61,520 bases of DNA from Octopus bimaculoides (Eukaryota). Positions 10,555 through 24,090 of this stretch are shown here, in pieces. The notes below the pieces were generated by a model, which had not been told where the DNA came from, did not search any database, and saw only the letters and a program-made list of their open reading frames with translations. A program made the translations under genes and the position numbers. The stretch is from the NCBI RefSeq assembly GCF_001194135.2, contig NC_068981.1, positions 191,688,739 through 191,750,258 on the forward strand. The letters are read 5' to 3'. The first letter of the stretch is position 1, and each line of letters opens with the position of its first letter.

Positions 10555-11150
10555 AAACAGGCGCGAGAGGGGGTAAATAGAGAATGTAAGCAATTGAGAG
10601 ACGGTGTAAGTGTTAGCAGCAGCAGCACTGTGGTCGTCTGTTTGTATGTAACATGGCGGCAATCTGGTGACTCAGCCTCACGTCTTGTCGCTGGCAACGT
10701 GTAACTCTTATAGGCCTGCATTTGCTGGCTTTTTCACGCACACATTTCACTGAGAAAAGTCACTAATTGTGGATACAATGGATACAAATGCAATTAGCTA
10801 TAAAATCGAGCCTGTAATGAGAGAAGGTACGCTTTCTTTGATTTTCCTCCATACATAGCATAACATAACTGTTTAATTTGTAAATACTCGATAGCAACAT
10901 ACACTAAGAATGAAGAAAGATTGTTGTATATGCTTTTTGTTTTCGCGTGTAACACATATTTCACATATTTATCGTACGGTTAGGAAGAACCAAATATGTC
11001 TTTGTGTTGTATACTAGAAATATTAAGGCATAATCATACGCGACTCTGTGTTTGGTGTCGCCGTCGTTGTTGTTGTCGGTACATTATCTTGCAGCTCAGG
11101 CCGAAACAATGTGAAGACGACTACATACTTCCTGAGTGATTATAATTCTT
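10555..11150 (+). promoter_or_regulatory. CpG-retaining promoter-like island
   Basis: Visible CpG excess over the depleted background; YY1-type AACATGGCGGC 10650-10660; GTGACTCAGC (AP-1/ARE consensus) 10667-10676; X-box-like GTCGCTGGCAAC 10687-10698. Confidence 0.5.
10778..10826 (+). CDS. Candidate first coding exon MDTNAISYKIEPVMRE (phase 1 end); product unknown
   Basis: acaATGg Kozak context; 16 open codons; AAG|gtacgc donor at 10827; inside the CpG island. No downstream exon could be linked with confidence. Confidence 0.3.
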
Positions 11151-11159
11151 TTAATCGAT

Positions 11160-11692
11160 TACATGCACATAGATATATGCATACAACACATACATACACA
11201 CGCGTGTGTGTGTGTGTATATATATATATATGTATATATCACATTTAAAAACTTGACAATTCATTCATTGCTTCAATGACAAAATGCCTGATTAATTTAC
11301 GTGAAACTTGGATTTAAAAAAAAATTATTCATAAAGATACATATAAAGGTGTGTGTGTGTATATACACATATTTCCACTCGTATTTATACATTAATATAT
11401 GCACATATACATGTATTCATATACACACTTGCACATACATATGTAGAGAGCACATATATATATGTATGTGCACATATATTTGTAGAGAGACCATATATAT
11501 GTATATTATTTATATTATATATATATATATATATATAACATATACATACATATGCTTCAATGTCTATACATTTATTTATATACATATTTCTACATACGGA
11601 CACATATGTGCACGCACGCACGCTCACATGTACACACACACAAATACTGCATTACTTTGTAAGTCTTGTCTGTACGAATATGTTCAGGGAAA

Positions 11693-11750
<58 letters not shown>

Positions 11751-12097
11751 CACACATTCACTATACGCACCAGGTTTTCGCCCAAAACAATGACCGATTA
11801 AGTACCAGACTTAAAATATGTACTGGGGTCGATGTAATTAACAATATACATCAGAGCAGTCCTCTAGCATGGTCTGTAGCTGGTGAGCGAATGGGTGTAC
11901 GTGTGTGTGTGTGTACGTACGTATGTGTGTATACACAAATATTTTCATGAATATGTGAATATGTCTGCCTCTTTTACACCTGTAAATGAGTATAATTATA
12001 TACATGTATCGGCGTGTATATGTGTGTATATACATATAAACTTGTATGTATATATTTACAAGCGTATATAAATATACACATGTACATATATGTATGT

Positions 12098-12176
<79 letters not shown>

Positions 12177-12214
12177 CATACATACATACATACATACATA
12201 CATACATACATACA

Positions 12215-12248
<34 letters not shown>

Positions 12249-13008
12249 GAGAGAGAGATAGGTGGATAGATGTAAATATGTTAAGAGGCTTGCGTCTCAA
12301 TCACATGGTTTCAGTCTCAGTCCCACTGCGTCGCACCTTGGGCAAGAATCTTCTATTATTGCCCCAGCTGAACTAGAGTTTTGTGAGTGAATTTGATTGA
12401 CGGAAACTGAAAGAAGCTCGTCACACACGTGTGTGTGTGTGTGTCCTTGTCTTCACATCGCACGATTGTTGTAAATGAACGTTACCATTACAGAAGGCAG
12501 TTGTCAATCTTCCATGAAAATATGTCAGGCCATGGGGGGGAAATAATTTGTTTCTTTGGGAAAAGGTATGGGTTGGTGACAAGAAAGGCATCCTACAGTA
12601 GAAAATCTGCTTGAACGAATTCTGTCTGACCCATACGAGTATGGAAAGTGGATGTAAAGGAAATGATAATGATGATCGCGCATACACAAGTGTGTGTGTG
12701 TATGTGTGCATATAATATATCTGTATATATATGTATATATGCATACATACGTATTATTTAACACTTATATATATAAACAGCTGTCTGTGTATTTGTACAA
12801 GCATACAAGTTTATATATGCATATGTATGTGTATATATATATATATATATATATGTACTACATATATCATGTGTCTATGTATGTATACCTATGTATGTTT
12901 TTGTGTAATCTGTATATTTTAAACATACATTTGTATAATTGTATAAACGTTCATGTATATGTATGTACATATACACGTGCGTATATGTTTATATGTTGTG
13001 TGTATGTA

Positions 13009-13042
<34 letters not shown>

Positions 13043-13209
13043 CATATATATAATGTATGTATGTATATTTGTTATCAGCAGTTACAAAATAGTTTTCTTC
13101 TTGGCCTTCGAGTTACTTTTGTAGTTTCTGCAAGTAAAAATACATATAATCATTGTATGAGTTCTTTTTAATCTGTTTATTCTACCAAGCTAAATAAATA
13201 ATATACTAC

Positions 13210-13251
<42 letters not shown>

Positions 13252-13270
13252 TATATATATATTGTATGTG
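11160..13270. repeat. About 2-kb compound microsatellite field: (TA)n, (TG)n, (TACA)n
   Basis: Read directly; interrupted by SINE A/F at 12265-12680. Confidence 0.95.
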
Positions 13271-13294
13271 TATAAAGTATGACAACTAGTCATC

Positions 13295-13640
13295 AGAGCC
13301 TGCCTTTGCAGAGGATGTATCTGTGACAATTCACTCAAAATGGAACACCTCATCAAGTCTTATAAGGGCCTGTCAAGGCTCTGACTAGGCCATCAGTCTG
13401 GGGAAGATGGAAGTTTTGAACCAAGGTTTTGAGCACTCCCCAACCATAACATGTTCTCTGGAGCTTGAGATGAATAGATGTATAGAAAGAGCATCCTCAG
13501 TACTCACTAGGCTGACAAGGAGAGTCTATGAGAATATTAAGGTTCCTGTCTGTGATGTTTTTGGTATGCTACTTTATGGCAGTGTGACCTTGAGCATCTG
13601 CTCCATGCAAGACTAGCATGGTATCTCAACACTTGGGACC
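13295..13640 (+). mobile_element. RTE/BovB-like RT fragment
   Basis: Degenerate FADD (FAED); GKMEVLNQG; LEMNRCIERASSVLTRLTRRVYEN; LLYGS. Confidence 0.7.
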
Positions 13641-13689
13641 TACTCATTACATTATCCAGATCCTGTATAGTGTCTAGTTCTGGTATTGC

Positions 13690-15180
13690 TTTTCCTTGCT
13701 CTGTATATTCATGTTCTGTTTTCGATGTCTAATAATGAAGTACTTGAAAGTTGCATTAAATTTCATATTTTCTTCTGTCCATCAATATGAAATGTTGAGG
13801 TTTTATAAGCTTTTAATACTTTTGCTGCCTTCTGGTATCTTTGCATCATCAGCATAGCTTTGAGAGTGGCTGTGTTGAAAGTTCAGTTGAGCCATAAAAA
13901 ACATTAATGGCCATTTAGCCATTTCTCGTGGTATTCTGCAACAAATAGTTGATTTTGTACTGTGGGCACTGTTAGCTGCAATAATCAGACTTCTGTATTT
14001 TATTTAGCTGTTCTCCTAGTATTTTGATTATACTAAAGTCATAAAGTGTGTGATCAAGCTTTATCAAAAGCCTTTGCAAAGCCCAGGTACACCATGTCCA
14101 AATTTTATTGGTTGAATAACTCGCCCAACATCCATTGTTAACGCTACAGAAGCTGGGTGAAGCAGCTTCTTCTGCCTTGCTAGAAACCATGCAAGGTATC
14201 ATTCAACAAACTATTTTCCTTTAAGAACATAATCAATTTCTCATTGATGATTTGTTCCAATGCCTTCAGAGGTGTAGATCTGAACGTTTTTGTAGCAGCT
14301 CTGCTTTTTATAGGACATATGCCTGCCTTCAGGTTTTGGGGATTTTGATACTCTCCAGTAAATTTTGGCAAAGTAACTAAAGTAATTCGCCTGGCACTTT
14401 GCTTGCCTTTAGAAGAATTGTGGTAAGCCATCAAGGCTAGCTACTGAGTCCTACACTCATTTTTCCTGTGGCAGTTGATACAGCAGCTTCTTCTATGTTT
14501 ATCCAGCTGATGGTTTTTTTTGATCTCTTCATAGAATGTTTTATTTTACTCTCAGTATCTATGAACAGTGCTTTTAGCTGTTTCCTTTCTTTTCCCATAA
14601 TATGTTTACTTAAAACATTGGAGACTTTTTTTTAGCATCTCATAATAATTTTTCTATTTCAAAGGATATTTTTTTGAACATTAAACTTCCTCAATGGAAC
14701 ATCTTCAATGTACATAGCTTGGATTTCCAGTAAAGATTCTTCTAGTTTTCTGTCGTTGTTTTTCATGGAGAGGGCTTAAGTCCAGTTTGTCTTACAAATT
14801 TCTTTTTCAATTGATTTTCCTTAAACTTCATCAAAATTACCACATCAAAACATCTACAATATGATGATCAGAGAAGATTGGAGACATTGCTTTTACATTG
14901 TGGGTGGTTTCTGTGTTACTTGTGAAGCAAAGATCCTGTGTGGTTAGCTCTAGTTGGTTAACTGACCATTTATTCTATGCCAGTGAGATTAAGTAGAGAC
15001 TATGCTTGTCTACAATCTTATGATATTCCTGAAAAAAATCTGTCTTTCTGACCACTTGAAGTTGGGATGTTTGAAGTAATTCAATAGTAGTGTATTGGTA
15101 TTTTGGCCCAGATTGGATAATATTAATTTTAACTTACCCATGCTTTCTTGAAGTTTTGTCATAACTTGAAGCACCTGGTG
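13690..15180 (-). mobile_element. CR1/L2-group LINE remnant (APE end plus RT)
   Basis: APE-end DLCFTSN...FSDHHIV; LHGF.QGRSCFTQLL; DMVYLGFAKAFDKLDH; YADD at 13845-13856. Confidence 0.8.
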
Positions 15181-15699
15181 GTGGTGGTAGTGTGTGTGTG
15201 TATTTATATATTTATTGTGTATGTGTGTGTGTTGTACATAATAATTGTGTTCAGTTGTGTATGTACCATCAGTGTGTCAAAGTTTCTGTGACAGAGGTAC
15301 TAATGCTATTATGTCTTAAGGGTTCTATCATGTCAGAATGGAAGAGAACATATTTCAGTATGTTTTGTGTTTAATATGTCTGCTGACTGCTATGTCTCTG
15401 CCAGTGTTATGTATGTTAGCTCATTGCACGTGGCAAAAATTCTGTGGTAGGTAATTTTACTCCTATTGCTCAGTTGTAAAAGACTTCTAATATTTATGAA
15501 GAGAACTTATGTTGCATGCAAAGCACAGAATGTGGTAACCATTTTGGGTTTGTTTGTTGAGGTGGCTTTGTGTGCTGAATGCAGATTAGCTGCTGTACCA
15601 TCATCAAATGTAAGGATTTTGTTCTCTCAGAATATCTTGTCTCATGCTGGTGGCATGCTGCTTGTTCCTTTTAAGTGAATGTATTGGCAATGCTGATCA

Positions 15700-17620
15700 A
15701 TTATTCCATTTTCATCCTTGATCCCTTGCACGGCATTTCACCATGCATTCTTATTTGGGTAGGCCTTCTCCAACACTGCATGTATCATTCATTGTGGTCC
15801 CCATCGTCTCTGTAAAGTTCAACATCTTGAGACCAGTTTTCTTCACTTCATCTTGGGTTGCCCTTTTCCACAGGTTACATTCACTTTGAGCACACCTGTT
15901 GTCTTTTATACACATCTCATATCAATACCAGTGCAGTCTTTTGCACATTTGATTCCTGTTATACACAGCTTTTCTCTTGACAAATTTGTACGCTGTCATT
16001 CATGTGCACTGACACTACATATCCAACAAAGCATGCTCACTTTATTTCTTTCTACCTTCATGAATCCTCTGTGTTCTGTGTCCATGTCTCATCATTATGC
16101 AACATCACAACTCACATGCAGACATTATACACTTTCTCTTTCACCCTTTGTCACCAGCATATGTAATAGGCCCATGAACTTTTAGCCCAATCTTATTCTG
16201 GCTGTAATTAGATCACCTAAATAGTAGAAGCTATTATCTATTTCTAGGGAATCGTCAAAACATTTGAGAGAATTTGTTTTATATGTGCTCTTCTTAGTTT
16301 TTAGAGCTCCTGGACATCTGCTGCAATTAAAGTCTACCTAACTCATTAGCCTGCCTCTAATTCCTGTAAGTCTATAATTTGCATTGAATGCACTAAATGG
16401 AATTTTTACCTGCTCTCTTCCTGTATATTGACCATAGCCATTTCATTGACATCACTGTCTCGCCTTCTTCCCTACATACTATTTATTTTTGTGAAGTTTG
16501 CTATGAGTCTTCTTGATTCTAGGTTTTGCTTCCATGCCTGGAATTCTCTAATTCTATTACAGATTCAGATGTAAGATAGGAGTTCCCATGGGCAGCCACT
16601 TTAAATGCCTCTGTTATAGCCTGAAGGATTATGATAAATAAAAGGGGGCTGAGAACTAACCCCTATTGGCCTCCTATCTTCATGCTAAACTCATTGCTAT
16701 ACTTTCTCATTACTCTCACTTGGCTTAACAACACCCTTGTACTTGCAAAGCCTTCACAAACCATTCATCTAATTGTAGCTTCTTTAGCTACAACTGACAA
16801 ATGCTAGGTACAATGATTTACTCCAAGCTAAATACTTCTGTAGTTGATTCACTAGGAATGTGGTACCTCTTTCTAGTATAAAGTGAAACTGCATGTCATC
16901 TAGACTAATTTTGTTCCTGATCAGTTACACTATGACTCTGTAACTTTCAGAATTTAGTCAGTCAACTTGATGCCTCTGCAATTTTTTTATATGCTCTGCA
17001 TTTCCTCCACACTTGTAGCAGTTGATGCTACATCAATCATTGGATATAACACTTTTCTTGACCACTTTATTGACTATGCAGGTGATTAATAGAGTGCCCT
17101 ACCCTACCAAAGATTTTAATCATCACAGACTGATTGACCAGCAGACTTCCCAGTTTTCATATCTTTAATTGTCTAATCAATCTTACTATTATCAATTTGT
17201 ATTGCTGGTCTGTTAGGTCTATTTGGACCAGACTCTATTCTTCCTATGTGTTCTACACATTTAACTACTTCCTATTGTAGCACTTCCATGCTTATTACAA
17301 GAGGTTATTAAATGCTGTCCTTTCATATACACTTCTTCCCAACACCATCTTTATTTCTTCTAGCACACTGTCTTGATCCAGACTACCTCACATCACTGCT
17401 CTTATGTCACAGAACATGTGCAAATTTTTTACTTTCTGTTTCTCTCCTTGATAAGTACACCTGAAGCCTAGCTTTTCTTCTAGCTACTTGTTATTACTCT
17501 CTGCTGCCAAGCCTATTTCTTTACTTTTGTGGCTTTGTCTCTCACTGTTTCAAAACCATGTCACCTTCACTCTGGTTAGGAGTTTACCCCAACCACAAGT
17601 TTGCTTAGTAGCTTTCAGCA
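15700..17620 (-). mobile_element. Old RTE LINE, RT to C-terminus, heavily decayed
   Basis: LVLSPLLFIIILQAITEAFKSGCPWELL near 16.57-16.66 kb; RLHWY and LKMLNFTE-type C-terminus near 15.8-15.95 kb. Confidence 0.75.
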
Positions 17621-17955
17621 GGTTGTCTCTTAGGAGCTTCTATTAGGCATATCCACATGAGACAATGGAATTTCTTAAAAGAAATCTGATTTTATTTTGG
17701 TATGACTGGCAAGAAAGAAAACTTGGTTAAAAATACTAACAGATGAAAATTCATTAGGGTTAATTAATTAAATATCATAGCTAAGGATGGAATAAGTTAA
17801 ATAGTAGATTGCAATTTTTACTTAACTTGCATTAAAAATAATAATCAATGATAATAAAAACATATTGCTTCGTTGAGTTAAAAAAATCAAAGGAATGAAC
17901 AAATACACTGTAAACAAAGAGGGCAATAGATAGAGGGTGCTGTCATATATGTCTG

Positions 17956-18004
<49 letters not shown>

Positions 18005-18317
18005 TATTTGCATGCTCATGTCTTGACTACACACTCAGATATACTAGCTCATATATAATGGGTTCACAATGCTGAGTAAGACAACACACACATGCATTAT
18101 CTCCTTTGTTGCTCTTATTTGAAGGAAACCTCATTTCTATTTGGTTACTTCCAGTCATTCAAAAACTGCTGTTTTCAACATGACACAGAACAAAATTAAT
18201 TATTATTATATCATCATTATTATTTATTATCATTATTATCATTATAAGGTGGTGAGTTGGCAGAATCATTAGCATGCTAGGCAAAATACTTAGTAGCATT
18301 TCGTCCGTCTTTACATT

Positions 18318-18670
18318 CATCATCATCATCATCATCATCGTTTAACGTCCGCTTTCCATGCTAGCATGGGTTGGACGATTTGACTGAGGACTGGTGAAAC
18401 CGGATGGCAACACCAGGCTCCAGTCTGATTTGGCAGAGTTTCTACAGCTGGATGCCCTTCCTAACGCCAACCACTCAGAGAGTGTAGTGGGTGCTTTTAC
18501 GTGTCACCCGCACGAAAACGGCCACGCTCGAAATGGTGTCTTTTATGTGCCACCCGCACAAGCCAGTCCAGGGGCACTGGCAACGATCTCGCTCGAAAAT
18601 CCTACAGGAGCCAGTCAGGCGGTACTGGCAACGGCCACGCTCAAAATGGTGCATCTCATGTGCCACCCGC
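18318..18670 (-). mobile_element. Young RTE 3' end (family C) inserted into SINE D
   Basis: SINE D is split at ttacattc | tgagttcaaa; the insert carries a (CAT)n tail and intact CpGs. Confidence 0.92.
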
Positions 18671-21600
18671 ACTGAGTTCAAATTCCACCGAGGTCAACTT
18701 TGCCTTTCATCTTTTCAGGGTTGATAAATTAAGTACCAGTTAACTACTGGGGTCAATGTGATTGACTTACACCTCCCCCAAAATTTCAGGCCTTGTGCCT
18801 ATAGTAGAAAGGTTTATTGTTATCATTATTCCCATTGTATTTTTGTCTTCCGCTACAGTTCTTCCTCCAATATAACTTTCTGAGAAAGGGCTTCTCATAG
18901 CGCAACACTGTATAGAATCGTGCTATCTCAGTGATATTTTGTTGTATTGTCTTAGTTTTATACTGGAATTTCATGGCTAGAATTAAAAGCAACACGTCTT
19001 TCTAATCACACCTTACTATCTTGAAAAATGGAATGATATAAGATGATATAATCCTGTTCCTTCCCAAAACGATAGGATGATCATGGCTGGAATGTCTTCG
19101 ATCATTAGGTTGATTTGGAGTTCAGTAACAACTGGTTCTTTGATCTTATGCAGCATCACTATGAGGTAGAGGAATCTGCTTGAAAGAACAGCCAAATCTC
19201 TCAAATCACATCCCACCAGCTGAAAACTTAAAGTAGATATGTTGTCCTGTATGCACTTAAAAATAAAACCTAGTGGTCACTACTGTAATATCTTTAACCC
19301 TGCATTTATTCATTGAGCTGACTTGGAGCGTAACAACATCCACCACTGCTCATCACATAGTATACTCATCACTTTGAAAACCCAAACAAAATCTATTTTA
19401 TCCTTACTTATTGCCAAAATATTTCCTGAGGTCCATTACTAAGAACTCTAATATTTTTGAATTGTTTGTGTTTCTTTTATTCTACACTCTCGGATTGGTT
19501 GGCATTAGGAAGGGCATCCAGCTGTAGAAACCTTGCCAGATCAGATTGGAGCCTGGCGCCACCCACTGGCTTGCCAGTCCCCAGTCAAACCATCTAACCC
19601 ATGCCAGCATGCAAAACGTACGTTAAACGATGATGATGAAACCCTTTTGCAATATATCTTCAGTGCATAGATCAAAATGTGGATTGATTGTTTAATAATT
19701 AATTGGTTAAATTCTTTAGTTGTAAATCTTTTTTCCCATTTTTGAATAAAAATCCAGAAACTTGATTTGTTTATGACAATTGCATGAGATTGCCAAGCAA
19801 TTATTCATCAGGATATTTTAAACTATAAATTATGATAATTATCACTCATGTAGTTATTTCTTTTGAAAATTAGTAAAATTAAGAGAGTTTAAAAATAATA
19901 GCTTTACCAGAACATTTAATAGTCATTTGTTTTCCATGACATGTTTTAACCTTTTTTAACTTCTGGGCAAGTATTCCACTATTGGGAATGTTATTTTTAG
20001 CTGGTTTCAGTCTTTGGACCGTGAATATAATTAGGCAGTGCCTTCAACTCGTATAGCACTTAGTCTGGTACTTATTTTTTCAAGTGACTGTCCACCTGTT
20101 GGTGAATGGGACATAACTAAAAGATATTTTTGCTTATTACACTAATTTATATCAGTATACATAAACATATATATGAAGATTTCCACAGATTCTGTTTACT
20201 CAATTTTGCTCTCAGAACATTGCTCTACTTGAGTTATTTACCTAAGGTGCTGTGCAAGGGGACTGAACATGGTTGCAAAGCAAACTCCCAAACTACATTG
20301 TATTGGTCAGTCATACTTTGCCTTTAAGACCAAAGGGTCAGTTTCGCATTACTTAGGCATTCTGTTAACTCATCTGAGTACTAAATGTCTAATATAACAT
20401 TAGAAATATTATTTTTGTGTGTATTCAGGGTGCTTGAAATAATGTTTAAGAAATTGAAATTGAGACTGATGATTGTTGTTGTTAATTAACCTTAGTTCAT
20501 CACTATGCCCACAGATGTTGCATGTTTGTCCTTTCTAAGTGTATCTAGGATTAATGCCGTTTTTTATTTTTTTAAGACAGTGTGTTGTGATTTGAAGGAC
20601 ATTTGGCTATTATTTCTAACAGGATTGCAGTGGATAGGCAGTTTTAGTATCCAGAAGTTAAAATAAAAAAAAAACAAAAAAGAACGAAGCTCCATCATTG
20701 GGATTTAAAAATCAGTAACAGTAAATACAGAGTTACTTGCTAAACTTCAGAAAGTCTTGCATATTAATATTGTTCTGCTTATTGACTGAATTTGTTGGAT
20801 GGTCTTTTTCTTTGTATAAAAAAAAAAAAAATCAAGATTATTGCTTGGACTTTTAGTGATAAAACTTAATGTTCCAATAATTACAGTGTTAAGAGGTATT
20901 TCTATTTTGGTAAGAAAAAATAACAAAAAACAAAACAAAGCACTTGTTCAGAAATGCTACTTTTCTCACTGATTCTATTTGAAATATTCACATCCACTGG
21001 ACTACTGACCTCAACAGCAATAGTACACGATGCATATATATAGACACAAGTTACTCAAAGAAAATAGTCGTTATAAAAATGCCTTTAAACGCCTATATTC
21101 AGTGGAGTGCATAATAGATATATTTGGCTGGTGGCTTGGATGTGATTGTAAATGGTAGTTATTATTATTTTTTTTATTATTACTCTTCTCAGCCTGCAAC
21201 AGGCTGTCTGCTAGTGGATGAAATTCATATTGCTAAGAATTGTAAATATTGAAGAACTCCATGCTTTGGTATTGTCAATATTGTGATCATCATTGTTGAT
21301 TTAATGTCTGTTTTTTTTATGCTGTCATAAGTTGGCTGGGTCATCAGTAAAGAATATTTTCTAAGCTTCAGTTCAACATCACCTTTTGTGAATGCAGGAT
21401 CTTCTAAGATTACTTCCTCTGTATATATCTTTGTCTCCTATTGGTGTGTATATACCTTATCACCATCTTGTTGCTCTTCCCATATGCAACTTCAGCAGAG
21501 ATTTTTCCTTGTTGAACATAACAAATTTAGTCCTAATGAATTTGAGGGATCATGTAATATTCTTTGTGTTTGTCCCTTAAATTATATGAATTTCCACTTT

Positions 21601-22678
21601 ATACACACATACACATAATTTTAAGTACATCTTTTTCCACAATCAGGTTAATCATTTCTTTTATCATTCAGATGTAATATGTCAGTCTTAGCGATTAGTT
21701 AACTAGCAAACATTATTCATATGTAAGACTTCGACAGGTATCACTTGGCTACACTTTACAAAAGTTTTGGTGTACATTTTCCTTTTTCAACCATTATTTT
21801 GGTTTTGAGTGGAAATCTTTTATTGATGTTTTCTAAAGATATTTTGGATATATGACCAATATATGTTTATACATATGACATCTACTGTTATTTTCTCTTT
21901 TTGTTTTTGCCTTTTTGTAAAAACACTTCTCTGCATTGATTAAATCACCCCACTCTTTGACACAAAACATTTTTTGATGTGCCATACTGCTAGAAGTACT
22001 TTCAGATTCAATGAAACACTTTTCTTTTGATTTTTTTTTTCTGGCAATTTTTAACTATTTTTGCACTCTAGTGAAATATCTTTTATCTCAAATCTAAAAC
22101 ACATTTTTTGAGAAGCATATGTTGAGCTTTGGCAGATGACAAACTACAAATTAATCTGTCTATTATTGTGTCAACCAAAAATGTTCCAACGTTTGAAATT
22201 TTTCAATTCATAAAGGATAGAGAAGGTGATATAAATTTACAGATTAGATGTTACATCTTTTGGACCAATAACTGTCAATAAAATTAAATGTTTCTTACCT
22301 ATATTGTTTGTGTGGTTAGTTATAAAAACCTTCTTTATCCTTCTTAATAATTTTGATATAATAGTTTTTGATTCACTTATATATTTGTTATAATTAAAGT
22401 TAGCTTTCTTCTCTGCATATCCTTATATTCTAGAAAACCCATGTTAATTAAATTTAGTTATTTGTCCTCACTTTCTCAATCATTAATAATTTTTCTGTTT
22501 TTGGTTATTGTCAGATAAAGAATAAGTTTATTTGAACTGTTAAATGTTTAATAATTTAAGTATTACATCTTTTGTATTTATGTCTTACACTTAATTTCAA
22601 TTCATTCAATCTTAGTCACCCTATTTATGTGTGCAGATGGCTAAATAGCAGTAGTATTATTCCCTTCATGGGACTCAC

Positions 22679-22752
22679 ATTAAGTTGACAGAGTGATTGA
22701 TACATTGAAACATAAAGTAAAATACAATCACATGAAAGATAATGTTAATAGT
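22679..22752 (-). CDS. Isolated candidate exon (74 nt) TINIIFHVIVFYFMFQCINHSVNL, hydrophobic
   Basis: Strong acceptor ttttttctctctatttttcag and donor AAT|gtgagt; only one frame open; not in a recognised repeat. No partner exon confirmed. Confidence 0.25.
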
Positions 22753-23479
22753 CTGAAAAATAGAGAGAAAAAAGTAACCATTGTGTCGCCAATACTCTTC
22801 TGTCTTGTCAGAAACCTCTTTAGTGACAGTGGCATAATAAAATACACAGTCCATGCTGTAAAGTAGTTGGTTGGTGACAGGAATGGCATCCAACTATAAA
22901 ACGAAAAAAAAAAAAGATAACCAAGTCTTCTCAGTTGTAAGTGTCAGGTAATGAAAGATAGTGGATAAGTTACAAAACACTGTGGGACTATTTCAATTGT
23001 CAAACAGATTTATGAAAGATAATCAAACCAAGGTCATCTTGCCTTTCTCTCAAACATATTGCATCTAGGACTAACACCATATAATGTGTCCTTTTAATTT
23101 AAAGAGGATTTAGCCATTGTTTCTAGAAGGTCAAGCAACTGAATAATTGTTAATTGAAGCTAACTGAGCTGATCTATTTGGCTTTAATTTTTGACTATGT
23201 AACTTGCAGTAACTAGTGGTACATTGTTTTATTTTTTATATATATGTTCCTGGTTAGTTAAAGTAAAACAAACTTTAACAGCATAAATGGTTATCTTCTA
23301 CATGATCTCTATCTATCTAGTTCATCACTAATTCATCAGAAGTTCTTCATGTCTTCTATTCCTTTTATACTGATATCTCATCAATGTGTTTCCTTTAGCA
23401 GCACAGTGTTTATCTATTCTCAGCACTCTTTAGTCCATCTCTGTCTATCCATGTAACAATCTCCTAATGTAGTGTAGAA

Positions 23480-23830
23480 TAATCCATATGTCTCTCATCT
23501 CATGACATTAGCTCATCTTTTTCCATTGTTCTCAGCCAATTGAAGATACAATCTTTGAATTTGTTGTTTCTGTCTATTTCTTTGGCTTATTGTAAAGTCA
23601 ATTTAGTTCAATCCCACAAGATTTGTTAATGTCCTGTAAATTGCTTCACTTGTATTGTACAAGGTAAGGTCATTTATGTCACAGATCTCTAAGAAACTTG
23701 TTTTCTCTTCATGCCTTATGCTATGGCCATAGTGTCTCCATGCGCATTTATAAATCTCATCTGGTTTTCTTCTGACATGGTCATGGAAGTCAGCTGCTAC
23801 AATGAAAATGATTTTTCAGATACCATAAGG
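23480..23830 (-). mobile_element. RTE APE endonuclease fragment
   Basis: ADFHDHV...HYGHSIR...FLEICDINDL resembles GDFNGHVG...YG.G.RN...LLEFCD.NDL. Confidence 0.6.
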
Positions 23831-24090
23831 GTATTTTCATTAATGTCTTGTAGAATTAAGCTTCTTGTTTGCTTATTCTACTTGTGATGTAATTTGTCTG
23901 TCTACCTGTCATATATATATATATATCCAACCCATCATAATTCTAAAATGATAAATGAATTAGAATATTTCATATTAATAATGTGATGCATTTGTTATAT
24001 TTTAAGCTTATATATATATATATATATATNNNNNNNNNNNNNNNNNNNNNNNNNNNNNNNNNNNNNNNNNNNNNNNNNNNNNNNNNNNNN

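Noticed and set aside
9794-13171. Many 60-210 aa ORFs rich in Y/I/H/T/C/V/M or X
   Set aside because: Translations of dinucleotide and tetranucleotide microsatellites and N runs.
19016-19230. 66-aa minus ORF and a plus-strand pseudo-exon (VDLEFSNNWFFDLMQHHYE)
   Set aside because: Both flanks match pieces of repeat family E.
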